Source: Lepidodermella squamata
Lineage: Eukaryota; Animalia; Gastrotricha
Assembly: GCA_047495785.1 (NCBI GenBank)
Contig: JBLDXI010000046.1
Location: 186,001 to 250,000, forward strand
Direction of reading: 5' to 3'
Length of the DNA stretch: 64,000 bases
Part shown: in pieces, positions 45,408 to 57,857 of the stretch
Layout of the letters: every line of letters begins with the position of its first letter
Numbering within the stretch: position 1 is the stretch's first letter
The notes under the pieces: model-generated
The model's database searches: none
What the model was told of the DNA's origin: nothing
Seen by the model: only the letters and a program-made list of their open reading frames with translations
Program-made: the position numbers and the translations under genes

Positions 45408-46544
45408 ATGAAAGTGTTGAATAAAGTATTCATGGTAGCTTTTCTAGCTACTTTTTCTAAATCTGTTTATTCGCTGGAAGATCCAGTCGAGATACTCCTG
45501 AGAAAATGTCGAACGCATCCTTTCATCAACTCACTCGGCGAAGAATCAGGCAAATCGACCCCGGTAGATATAAGCTTCAAACTCGATCGAATACTTGCGA
45601 TCGACGACATCCAGGAGGCGACGCTGATGATTGGCTTGGTCAGAATGGAGTGGTTTCAACCTTGTCTCAAGGAAGTAGCTGCCGAAGTCTTCAATGAAAC
45701 AAAAATTGAGGTGCTGCAATTGAACGGCGAAGACGTCTATAGATTATGGTCGCCGCCCATCAACCATCGCAACAGCATGGAAGACATTGCGATGAGTGAT
45801 AAATTTGCTAAAATTCGCCGAGTTTTCTTCAAGGACGGGTTTAATACTATGCAGTTTTCAGGGACATTTTACTCATACTGCGATATGGACTTTCGCCGGT
45901 TTCCTTTCGATAAGCAAACGTGCAATGTTACAATTTACACGGTGGCATTCGGGAACGCCTTGTATGTACGCCTCAATTCATCATCGTTAGATAGATTCCG
46001 CAACAATATGGCTATTATGCCTGCCGGTTCGATTTGGCAGTTGGTTGGGAACCCAAGTCGCATAACAGGTGGAGATAAAGTTGATTTCTGCGTACAACTG
46101 AAACGAGATTCTGACTACTTCATTATCAACATTTTCACGCCGAGTTTTCTTCTCTGCGCTCTGCAGCTATCCTGCTTCTTGCTGCCGGCAGAAGGCGAAG
46201 GAAGGTCAAACCTTGGCTGTACTATCATGCTGTCAATCTACGTACTGCAAAGCCAAGTTTTAGGAATTTTACCGAAAACAGCTCAGCCGATCTTGGCGGG
46301 TTATTTCTTTCTAGGCCAGACAATTTTCGCAACTGTATGCATAGTCTATTCTGAGGCGATATGTCTCTACATTAATGCCTATCCGGCGCAGGCCAATCGT
46401 AAAATTGTCCTCAAGTGCAAGTTTCGAAAATTTGGCGAAACTACCTATTCAGCGTTGGTCGATGGCGTATGCATTGTTGTGTTCATATTGGCGCTTGGGC
46501 TGTTCTGGTGCGCCCTTGCAGTCGCTTTTTCATACACGAATTGA
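45408..46544 (+). CDS. Cys-loop ligand-gated ion channel subunit, intronless
   Basis: Signal peptide, LWSP.I...NS, Cys-loop CDMDFRRFPFDKQTC, 4 TM, LPKT motif. Confidence 0.9.
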   Translation: MKVLNKVFMVAFLATFSKSVYSLEDPVEILLRKCRTHPFINSLGEESGKSTPVDISFKLDRILAIDDIQEATLMIGLVRMEWFQPCLKEVAAEVFNETKIEVLQLNGEDVYRLWSPPINHRNSMEDIAMSDKFAKIRRVFFKDGFNTMQFSGTFYSYCDMDFRRFPFDKQTCNVTIYTVAFGNALYVRLNSSSLDRFRNNMAIMPAGSIWQLVGNPSRITGGDKVDFCVQLKRDSDYFIINIFTPSFLLCALQLSCFLLPAEGEGRSNLGCTIMLSIYVLQSQVLGILPKTAQPILAGYFFLGQTIFATVCIVYSEAICLYINAYPAQANRKIVLKCKFRKFGETTYSALVDGVCIVVFILALGLFWCALAVAFSYTN

Positions 46545-46882
46545 AGAATCTTTATTGAAATATACTTTTCACTTACTTACATAACTTTACCTACGATGAT
46601 TCTATTGATCGTTATTTCCTGAGTCTGTATTCTGCAATATTTGCGATCATTCGCAATTTTAATTTTCATTACTGTTTAGAGAACTTTGTTTAAATAATAA
46701 ATTATTTGTTCTGAACAATTTTTTACTTCGAACTCGTCTGCAACAAACCTAACATTAGGATCCCGTTGAGATCAATAAAGATCATAGATCTGAATGCTGG
46801 AACACGATGCAAGCCGCCGTTTCTGTTCGCAATACAGCAAATCGGACCTGTTCACTGTTCGAAATCACAGTTATAGAATGTT

Positions 46883-49594
46883 TCAATGCCCCTGCGGCCC
46901 AGTGAGGCCATGGGACACGCGTGTATCGGATAAGGGTTGAACATGCTTTGAAAATGCGAAGTAAGCTATCATGCTAGTACTTGAAATGCCAACAACCAAA
47001 GCGAAACAAGCCATCAAAAGTGTCATAGAGCTTCCATTCTGGAAAATGATGAGTCCAATGAGAATACATCCAAACATGAATGTAATCAAGCCATGAGTGG
47101 CAAAGCTACAGATCTTGAGCTGGATTTTGAGAGTTGTGACCTTTGCTGAAACTATTATGCCTCTCATCATCGATGAGCAAGTGAGAGCTGTGAAAGTTAG
47201 CTCGAAGCAGCTCAACAGAAGGATGAAGGCTGCAATGAGAATGAAAGCAATCGAAAGGTTTGTTCCAAAAATCTCGATAACATCACATTCCATGGTTGAA
47301 TACTGAAGTTTAAGGCTCTCATCGAACGGCGAGAAAACTGTCTGTATGATTTTAGCCCGACTCTTCATCGGCGAGGAAATAATTGCGGAAAGAAACAACA
47401 AACAGGATATTCCAATCAATACAGGGAAAACGTGGTTGCGCAATTTTCCCCTTTTGCTTACAGCAGCCATAGTGGTTGTACGTGAAACAGCGAGCCCGGT
47501 TACATTGAGTCTACTAGGATACATCTGGGCCTTGCTTGACTTGGGGGTGTAGATAAACAATTCATTAGCGATAGCATTCCTCAGCTTCTTCATTCGAAAT
47601 AAGAGCCCAACCAAAATCAAGCTTACTCCTGTCCAGGACATGATTGACATTGCTGAGCAGTAGTTCTGATTGAGGAGATCCGATGATGGGCTATGTGGTA
47701 TTATGAAAACATGAACAAGAAGAATTATATCTCCAAGAGCAATCAGAATATCAGATAAAGTCGGTGCATTGAATTTTGCTGAAACTCGCGGTAGGTTGAG
47801 CCATTTCATCGTAAGGAGGAAGCAAAGAACCAATACACTGACGACGCATAGTCCTATAAATAAAACCAGTAAAAAGAAGTTCTTCTTTCAAAGATTATCA
47901 TACCTTTCATCAGAATATCAACTTGAGCATCGATAATAGGAGTAGGAACAATTCGGATTCGTACCTCATCTTTAGGAGGCATTCCGTCATAAGTATTCCA
48001 CGATAGGGCATTTTGGTAGAGGACCAATCGATTAGCAGGCCTCAGGTTTGACTTGTAATAGCCGACGGATTTTAGGTAACTGAACATCGCGCTTGTATTG
48101 CTTCTATCTATGACCACCTGCTGATACACAACAGGCATGCTACCGGATGACCAAGCTGTGCTTCGATCGAACGAGTATTCACCCTTTAATCCCGTCATGG
48201 AAAAGTTGTATATTTCATCTTGAATAATTCTTAGAATTCTTCCTGGATCAATAGCGTAGTTACTGTTGTTTATAAACCAATCGGCTAGAGTCATATTGTC
48301 TGTTAGAAGTCAAGTTAACAAACCCAAAGTTAGCATAGAGCTTTGCTTACCTTTCCTCAATGTTGCCTCTGTTTGATTCAAGATTAGGCCGATGGCTATG
48401 TATTTGTCGTAGTAAGCGGGTATCCAATAATCCCAGCCGAATACTTCATCCGGGTTTTCGACCTCATCTCTTATTCGCTGGATTAGGTCTCCCAAAGTGA
48501 TACCTGTTACATCCGAATAGTTCGACCCGTAAATATCGGCTAAAGGTGCGTCTCCAAGGAAGAAAGTCGAGCTCAAAATGTCCAATAGCCAGTTTGGGGT
48601 ACACCAAGGCGAGAGATGCGATGGTAGTTCGCCTGTATTATCGAAGTTACTCCAGGTGAACGAGATCAATACGAATCCTGGACCGTACAGCCCGTGTTTG
48701 TGAAGGTAACAAGCAACAGGAACGTTGAAAAAATTTAATGAGACGATGATTCGAGGCTCTCTAAGCTTGAACTCGCTGAATAGCGATTCTAGCTCGTAAG
48801 AATCATCCGTGTTCGCCCTCAGCCTTCCAAGGTAAGCCAAGCTCACGTTTCTTTCATCCACGTTGGCAATCAAGCTTTTTTCTAGCTGAAAGGGAATTTA
48901 GGAATTTTCGAGTAATCTACCTAATTCCTTGTTCTTACCATTTCATTGTACGAATCGGAGTCGCTAATGACGGAAATTCGCTTCCAACCATTTCTAACGA
49001 TAAACTCAGCCAGCGCGTCAATGTAGTAGTCTGCTCTACCGCCGAGTGAATAGAAGTTGCGGTATAACTCTCGATTTTCATAGAACTTGATATCGTTCGA
49101 GTACGTTGATATAGCTAGGATTTTATGGGCTTCAGCGAACAAAGCCGATAAAGTCTGAGAGGCACCAGTACACTCCGTCAGAGCTAGTATCGGCAATCTT
49201 GATTCTGAGTTAGATTGTTGATCCAGCTTTGGGATCAGATTCTTTGTGACAACAGCTTCATTGCACTGAATAAAACTTATATAATCGTGCTAATAGGTTT
49301 CATGAGACTTACGTCATCTTGCACAAGCTCGAAAGCGAGGTCGTAGTTTGGGAGCCAGTTTTCAAGAGATCGCAGGCGCTCGAGTGCGAACTCAGCCACC
49401 ACGCTGGCCATTGGACCAATCGGAATGTATCCTCTGTAGATTGTTGATGCAAGGACTTTGATTGTCTGACGGGCGTCAGATGAAGAGTTGAGTCTAACGA
49501 GATCTTGCATTTCTTCGGTCAAATTATGCTTTGCTGAAGAATTGTCGATCGTAAACAGCCACAGGAAAATCAGTGATTTGGTTTTAAACCCCAT
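46883..49594 (-). CDS. Class C GPCR (second, intron-containing subfamily)
   Basis: Exons 49594-49313, 49265-48939, 48885-48351, 48299-47904, 47853-46883. Signal peptide, WLPNYDL, GWKRI.VISD, W...DGMPPKDE and TM segments. Confidence 0.85.
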
Positions 49595-50435
49595 TTTGAA
49601 GATAGATTGAAATATTTCCTCTGAAGCAAAAGTGTAGTTAACAACCTGCAGCGGACTTTATCTTGCAAGATGAGATCATTTTGCATCCGGGAGAGCGTGG
49701 AACATTCACTCAACACCCTAGGAACCGCCGGTGATAGGAAAATTGTTATTATATACTGATTTTCCTTCCTGTGTTCAGATAGCTCAGATCTTCACCATAA
49801 TTCTTGAATATTAATTTCTGGCGCTGAGCTGGAATTTCTTGGCAGAGGAGCGTGGGATTTTACTTCTGACAGTTTTTTTAAGAGTTATATTTATACGTAG
49901 CCGCCGCGCTGATTTTCATGTGACAGGAAGCAGAACTAAGAGGTTTTCGTTCACGCTTCAGTCAGACGAATGAAAAGCAAATTTCATCATTTCAAATTTC
50001 ATGAAATGACGTAACAAGTGAAGATGGATTAAGCGACAATTTAACATCGCGAGTTTTTGATGCCCCTTTCAAGGTCAACGAGCATTAAAAAGAGGTATTA
50101 AAGAGATATTAAAAAGAGGTTTTTCAGGTTTGCTGACGAGGCTTCAAAGCTATCAAAGGAAAAAGCTACTAGTAAAAATCAAGAGGGCTGAATTTTTGTG
50201 AATTTAGGATTCATTGTTTCGAATTCGTTGGTGGCATAGCTCGCCAGGGCTTCCTATTTGGGCTTCCTATTTGACCAATCCAGAATCCAGGGCACCGGGA
50301 AAGTGTAACTTTTTGAGCCCAAAGGCCCGCTCTTAACTTGCACTTCATGAGCAACATTCCCGGAATGAACGGTAATGTCGCCTTCGCCATTTACTCTTTG
50401 TTGGTGTTCGATTTATTCACTGAGTCTTCGTTCTC

Positions 50436-50573
50436 TGTGCGAGTCTGGGGGGCATCAGATGATGAGTTGAGTTTAACAAGATTAGGCATTTCTTCGGTCA
50501 TGTTATACTTTGATGAAGACTTTTCGATGAGAAAGAGCGATAAGATAACAATAAGCCTCATCTCCGACTCCAT
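50436..50573 (-). pseudogene. 5' remnant of a paralogue of the 46883-49594 GPCR
   Basis: SSSKYNMTEEMPNLVKLNSSSDAPQT vs SSAKHNLTEEMQDLVRLNSSSDARQT. The upstream DNA is also homologous. Confidence 0.75.
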
Positions 50574-51402
50574 TTTTGAAACAGCAGTTTGAAAGCTGTT
50601 TCTGATAGACGTCTGAAAATGTAGTTTTCAAACTGCCGCAGACACCATCATGCAATATGAGATGCAAGTTTTGAAAGGTATGCTAATGGAATATAATTCA
50701 CTCCCGATGAACTTTCGCACCGATTTGAAAACTGCCGTTTCGCTCGATATCCTTCCTGTGCTCTGATAGCTCACGCTTAATGAAGATCAATTCTGGCGTG
50801 GAGCTGGAATTTTGCAGGAACAGTAGCCTGGGTTTGTTACTCTCGGCAACGATTTCTGAAGGTATTTTAGAATTTAGAAAAATCGAGAAAAGATGAGAAG
50901 TCTCATTTCTCACGAGGCCTCAAGCTATGAGCTGATCTTGTGCGTGTTTCTTGTTTCACGTTGAGCGAAAAACGCCATAGTGATTACTACAGCGACGTCG
51001 ACGTTTTCAGCTGCCCCGGCTTGTTTGAACTGCATAGCTACGAGCACTGCCCTCTTGATGGAATTATTCGCTAGTTTTTGACAAACACAACTGACGTCAA
51101 ATGCTTGAAGGAGTCACTGAAGGAATTTGGCATAATTATGTCGTTTTTCTTATATTCACAGTATATCATAACTTTATTAGACTTGTTATGATCACTAGTT
51201 TACCATTCCAAACAAATTATTGAAAATAAGCGATATATGTTTTTGCCGCAAAGACCGCGTGATAGAGCAGCTGGCAAAGCATTCGATAGGCAAAGTTAGA
51301 TACGGGAGCCTAACAAAGCGGCGGTAATTTGATCAATTATTTTTAATTGTTATTAGGCTTTAGTTTTCCCCTTAGTATTTATTTCAAAATATCTATCAAA
51401 CC

Positions 51403-51998
51403 ATGTTGAGCCACATTGCTATCGCTCTAACCCTTGCCGCGGTTGTTGGTAACGCGGGGCTCATTTCATAGCAAAAGTGGCAATAATTCTCATGTTTTAT
51501 AGGAGCCGTTGTTGATGACTTCGTTCGCAGCAAAACAACTTGTTCGCCAATCTACAGCACGCGGAATGGCGAGACCATTGGTTCCTGTAAATCGGCATGC
51601 GCGAAAGCCGGCTCAGCCTGCCAGGGCTTCACCTTCGACCAATTGAAGGGAGCGTGCAATCTAGCCTCGGCTTGCGACCCCAAAGCCCCAGCTGCCAGCG
51701 CGCAACTCATAGTCATGGTCAAAAATCCAGGTTTGAACTAATCATTCGTATGGCTTCTACCTTTATTTTGACTATTTTGCCAGTTCTGGCCAAGTACATT
51801 CGGCACGAATTGATGTGCGCTGCGAATTATGCCATTGTTCAAGTCACCACGTTTGCAGACTGCGCTGCTAGGTGTTCGAAAGACGCCATGTGCAAAGCTT
51901 TTTCTATGGCACCTTCCGGTACCAGCTGCGCCCTCAGCAGCCAATGCACCACGGGCGGGCGTTCTCTACCTGCTGGCTACACGGTGCTCAAGCTGTGA
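51403..51998 (+). CDS. Small secreted double PAN/Apple-like domain protein
   Basis: Exons 51403-51448, 51503-51730, 51784-51998. Signal peptide MLSHIAIALTLAAVVG. Modules CKSAC...CQGFTF...CNL...C and CAARC...CKAFS...CAL...C. Confidence 0.85.
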
Positions 51999-53721
51999 AC
52001 GCCGAGGTGATCGTAGCGACCTGTGAGAAATATCAGTTGATGGACCTCGATAATGATCATATTATTAAGCGCTGCGTAGTCGCTGATAAAACGAGGAATA
52101 AAAAGGAAAATTCAGCCATTGGGCAGGTTTCTAATATCATAAAAGGGTTACTGTAAAGGGTTTCTCCTTTCGCAAAATCTTCAAATGTTGCGGTCGCAAA
52201 AGGCAGCCCTGCCCACCTCGAAGAACTGGATATTTCACATAATTTTGTTGAAATTTGAAATTATCCGGATCTTTTCATTCTTGAACAATGTGCATAGCTG
52301 ATATAAGCATTTCCATCTATGACATTTATTCAGAGTGAAGCACATTCCTTCAAGCATTTGACGTCAGACGTCATGTTTTTCAGAAGTTAATCAACGATTA
52401 CGGCGATACGGCAAAGCTCGCAGCCACGTAGTTCAAACAAGCCGGGGCAGCTGAAAACGTCGCTGCACCCAAGTCGCCGTAGTAATCGCTCGATAAAACA
52501 CATGCGAAAACATCTCGATGCAATGGGAGAAATGCGGGTTCCATTCATTTCTCGAGCCACATAATTATTTCTGATCAGAGATAATAAGGACTGAATACCG
52601 ATGACCTTACGACCAGGTGCGAGCATCCGGCAAACTTTTTCATCGCCACCTCTATTCTAACAATCAACGAACATAACTACGCAATAATTACATTGGTTAG
52701 GGTAGACGGTGGAAAGTCGGAACAAAAAAAAAATGATCACCCAACTTTGAGCGATCACAGTTTCCATACTGTTTGATCGCGTACTCTCCAACTTCAGCGT
52801 AGTCACCTGGCAACATATTGACATGTTGAACTATGGGATTTCACGCACGGCTGCCGCATCTAGGCGCAAAAACGGCCTTACAAAATTTGTAACTCGCACT
52901 GTGCCGGTACAGCGGAACAATTGTAGATTGAATACAACTTGCCCTGCCTAATTTCGATACGCTGATTACAATTGTGAAAACCGCATCTTCCTATCTATCT
53001 CCGAAACCCGTCCTGAACTAAACACCCTAGAATGCTCCAAACAAGATAATCATGTTCAGAATGCGATTTTCCTGGATTCGGTAAACAGTGACTGCGCTAT
53101 GCTAAAAAATCGGCTCTTTACCCTGTGAAATCCCCTCAATTATGGCTCACTGAGGATCCTAATTCACCGATTTTCTGAATTTATGCTTAAAATAAGCCTA
53201 ATTCATTAACCGAAAGCATGAATTCAGAAGCTAAAACGGAATTGATGCTTTCGGTAAATGAATTCGGGTGATTTCAACTGAATTCGGTTGACTTTTAGAG
53301 TTTCAGATCAATTTATTTGAAAAAATGAAAAATATTTTGTAGCGAGAATATTTTGCTGTCACTCCATTTTTTCAAATAATTAAAAACAAAGAATGGCTAT
53401 TAATGAGGATATAAAAATGCCGCGGCTTAGTAAGCGGCTTAATTTTGCTAACTGTATATAATAACTGTTCTCTGTACTAGAGGCGTGTTTTGATCATTAT
53501 TATGATGCGCCTCACATGCTTTACTATTCAAACAAAAGTTTGAATATTAGCGATATGTTTTTGACGCAACGACCGCGTGACAGCAGCTGGCAAAGCATGT
53601 GATAGTCAACGTTAGATCCGGGAGCCTATAAAACTGGCAGCAGTTTGGTTAATTTTTGTTAATTGCTATTTGGCTTCAGTTTTACTCTGGATAATCATTG
53701 CAAAATATTTTCCATCTAAGC

Positions 53722-54314
53722 ATGTTGAGCCACATTGCTATCGCTCTAACTCTTGTCGCGGTCGTTGGTAACGCGAGGCGGCTCATTTTTTTTTTAAAAA
53801 TTGATGATTCTCCTCATGTCTCACAGGGGCCGTTGATGACTTCGTTCTCAGCAAAGTAACATGTGCGCCCATCTACAGAACGCTTCGTTACGGACAACTT
53901 GCTTATTGCGAAGCGGCTTGCGTCAGAGCCGGCTCGGCCTGCCAAGGCTTCACGTACGTCAGGCCAGATTGCAATCTGGCCTCGGCCTGCGACCCCAAAG
54001 GCCCGGCTGCCAACCCGCAATTCACCGTCAAGAGCAAAAATCCAGGTAATCGATCGCATCTCTACCCATTGCTCACTATTCTATGATGTTCACCCATTTT
54101 AGTCCTGGCCAAGTTCAAGCGGCACGAATTCATATGCGGGGACTATTATACCTCTGCGAAAGTGGCCACGTTTGCTGATTGCGCCATTAAGTGTTCGAAA
54201 GATGCCAAGTGCAAATCGTTTATAATGTCCGACAATAACAGCTGCGGGCTCAACAGTGAATGCAACACGTCAAAGTATCCTGTACCTGATGGCCACAAGA
54301 TATTCAAGTTGTGA
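53722..54314 (+). CDS. Small secreted double PAN/Apple-like domain protein (tandem paralogue of 51403-51998)
   Basis: Exons 53722-53767, 53827-54045, 54103-54314. Same intron positions and Cys spacing. Flanking non-coding DNA is homologous. Confidence 0.85.
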
Positions 54315-54984
54315 ACGTCAAGATGATCATGGCGACCTGTCGAGACTGGGAGTAGATGGATCACGATAAGTGTAGATCCGTGCGTGGTCGCTGATAATAT
54401 GATAAATAAAATGCTACTAGGATAAATGTGGTTGAGTATCATGCAATTTCAGCCACTGACACATTGGGCAGGTTAAAAAAAATTTCGTTACGGCGAAGTC
54501 TTTAGGGATTCAACAGATGTTAATTTGATCTCGGGGCCAGATGCGGTCGCCATGGAATGGATATTTCACATGATTTTATTGAAAATATCCGGATTTATTT
54601 CAGTCTCCTTGGCTATTAGCATTGTTGATTATCATTTCAATATGACAGTTTCATTTTAATCCTATTTCAATAGCATTAGAACTTGAATGACTTTTAGCTG
54701 ACGTTTAGCGTTTCACAAAAGCTGCGTATGCGCATGACAGCTTAGCCAACGCCTGTAAAAAACGCATGTCATTTGGAGGTTGGAGGCAATTTGCAATTAG
54801 GAAATTGAATTTCTCTATGGGTAGAATGAATTTCTCTATGGCAAACAAATAATTTATTTAGATGGCTGGAAACTGTCACAAATTTGAGCAGCATTTTGCT
54901 CGGAATTGGTCTCGAAACCCCCAGAAATCGCATTTTCCCGTGAATCTTAGAATAGTCTCAAACAGCGAAAATCTCAATTCCACT

Positions 54985-55790
54985 TCACAGTAATTTCACG
55001 TAGAAAAATTTGAGACTTTGATAGAAAGAGGTAAAATTCGAGGTCGGTGAACCAATAATCTTTTGTAACAGGGATTGTTCCGTCTGAAATACATTTAATA
55101 TATTGAAAATAAGGTGGAAAAGCGCCAAAGTCTTACGAATTCATTGAAGCTGTTGTTGTCGCTGATTACTGAAACCCGCTTCCATCCCATTTTCACCAGA
55201 AACCGAACCAGAGCGATTACGTAGTAGTCCATTCTTTCTCCGAGAGTGAAGTAGGATTGATTAATTTTTCGACGTCTATACAGCCCCAAGTCCGTTGAAT
55301 ATACAGTCAAACCTACGTAGTTGTATGGCTGAATGATCAATGCTGAGAGTCTTTGGTTTATTGTCGAGCATTCTGGAGCAGCGTATAAGGGAAATCTTCC
55401 ATCCACGTTATTTTTTTCCTCCAGCTTCGTTATGAGATTATCTCTCATGTTAACAGGTTCGCACTATGTACAAAATTTCGATATTGTTAGAAATTATATG
55501 AAATACTTGAAACTCACATCATCGACCACAGTCTCGAAGACTATGTCATAGTTGGGTAACCAATTTGGCAGGCTTCTCAGCTGTTTCAGAGCGAATTGCG
55601 CTATTGCAGTGGAAGTCGGACCCAGGTTGTAGAGACCGCTGTATAGTGTCGATGTCAAAATTGTCATAATCTTCCTTGTTGAGTTGTCGTTCGTGAGACC
55701 AATTATGTCTGGTTGAGTTTCATTCAGCGGCATTTTGGTAGATCCAGCAGCAATGAAACTAGTTACCAAGATCAAACTTACAAATCCCAT
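54985..55790 (-). pseudogene. 3'-truncated class C GPCR paralogue (exons 1-2 and the start of exon 3)
   Basis: Same intron positions as 46883-49594 (VDD/CEP, NEF/TEQSL). Exon 3 hits a stop after ~30 codons and no further exons are visible. Confidence 0.7.
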
Positions 55791-57749
55791 TCTGGTTTCT
55801 CGAAGGATTTGTGAACTCGAATAAAGTGGGCTATTAGTTCGATGTAATTGCTAAACACTTGCAATCTATCGATTTGCAGAGCTACAGTAGGCTGAGATAA
55901 ACAGCAATAACTAACTAATTATGTCAAATATTCTGAAGAGGCGTTCATAAAATTAGCTCCTTCAGACACCGTATTTTCCGTTATGAGAGCATCGGGCCTT
56001 ATATTCTCAAAATTTTTAAAATGGGGGTTGTAAACGAGCATGCGGCTTTATTGCGTCAGAGCAGTTTTCAGGTGAAAATGTGTGTAAAAATCAGTACTAC
56101 GAACATTTTTAAACCAGATAATCGGTACAGTTATTCGTCAAAATCAAACAAATTGTTCTCATTCGTTTAGTTTTCTTCCATTTCTTTCCTAATAGTGCGA
56201 TCTCGCAACAATTTATCATGGTTTTTTTAAGATTTCGTTTGGTGTTTACAAAATCGGTTTTGGTGTTTACACATAAAAACCATGAAAACTTGTGAATCAG
56301 CTTGTGAATCCATAAATTTTTCGGGGGATCCCAGCTTCAGCAAGTCAGAAGTCTCATTGGACCTGCCTTGGTTTTTTTTTTGCCGATGTTCAAGACATGT
56401 CCAATAACTCTTAAACCTAATCATCAAACCAGCATGACCTTTAACTTGGGTATAATCGCTGATCTTACGAAACGAATTCTTTGATTATTCATCCCGATGC
56501 TAACATGTTTGCCAGGCATCAGTCGTAACAGCATGAATTGAAACAAGAACAGAGTAAAACACTGAGCAACACTGATTGATGGCGAAGACGACGCTAACTA
56601 GCATGAATTAATGTCGATTCGGATACAGATATAATCAAAGTTGTTGTTTCCAATACATTTCCCATAGTTCCAGGGCGAATGATTGATTCGAAAAAAACTA
56701 AATTTAGGGGAAAAAACACAAGTCGCACCCCGAATATCCAAGCGTTGCCATGGCAACAGGGCTAAAAATAGTAACTCAACCAAAACGAATAGCCCAAGGT
56801 TATATGAGGAATCGCAGTTATATGTCAAAATAATTAAGCTGTAATTTTCCCGTAATTTTTAGAGGATGATGATTACTTTAAACGGAGTGCCTATATGTGG
56901 TATTTTTTCCCTATATTTGTACATAAATATGTGGTATATTTTTCCTATGTGTTAATAATTTTCTATTCATTGTTTTTACGCTAAAGATTGATGTTTTATA
57001 TATGGGCGATTCCGCGAGTTTGTCGCAAAAGCAGCCAAAAAAAACCAAGCGATATAGCCCTCATATTATATATATTCGGATAGCCCAAGATGTGATCTTT
57101 CATAATTTATAACTTTTACAAGTTTTGTGTTTATTTTTCCAACCCGTTGTTATGTAATAGCGAAGCTGTCTGATCAAAGGTCAAATTTGGCCTTTTGTTT
57201 GATTTTTGATGTCATTAAAGTGTGCCAATTACTTGCCTAAAATCACGATGTTATTGTATATTTTACTAGCTGGGTTACTCAGCATAAAAAATCACCAACT
57301 CCAAATTTACATGCCACATGCGTAACGGTCAAATTCTGTCAACAAATTAATCTTTCAAATTGTCTGTCCGCAACAGCAAATATTAAGTTTTCGCTTAATA
57401 TGCTTCTAATTGCTCTCAACCAGCCCCCCGTTAATTTTGCTAAGTCAGCAAATTGAAGATCCTTCGATTCGGCGATATAAATGCAGAGTGACAAATGATT
57501 TCGGCGTCAAAACACTTGTTGCGGACAGACATTTTTCGTTGCGGACAGATGTTGCGGACAGACAAATCAGATTTTATAAAAAATAGAATGGAAAAGTAGC
57601 GTCTGTCGCTGTAAAACCTATGGAAATAAGTATCATAAAACAATTTTCGAGAGGCTCAGAAGGAGTCGTAGAGGAGTGGTTATCATTATCAACTGTACAC
57701 AGGGTCAAAGTCGGACATTAATTTTCTCATTCTCATTCTCCTGTATGCT

Positions 57750-57857
57750 ACAGGGAGTCCGTAAAGTCGAGGCAATATAAATATGTAGCATAGTACAGTA
57801 GCAAGGGAAAAATCGATAATCTTGTTTTTTTTCATCGATCGTGATATAATAATAATA
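57750..57857 (+). mobile_element. 5'-truncated copy of the SINE at 60724-61130
   Basis: CAGGGAGTCCGTAAAGTC...GCAAGGGAAAAATCGATAATC...ATAATAATAATA is the reverse complement of 60724-60841 and ends in a (TAA)n tail. Confidence 0.75.
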
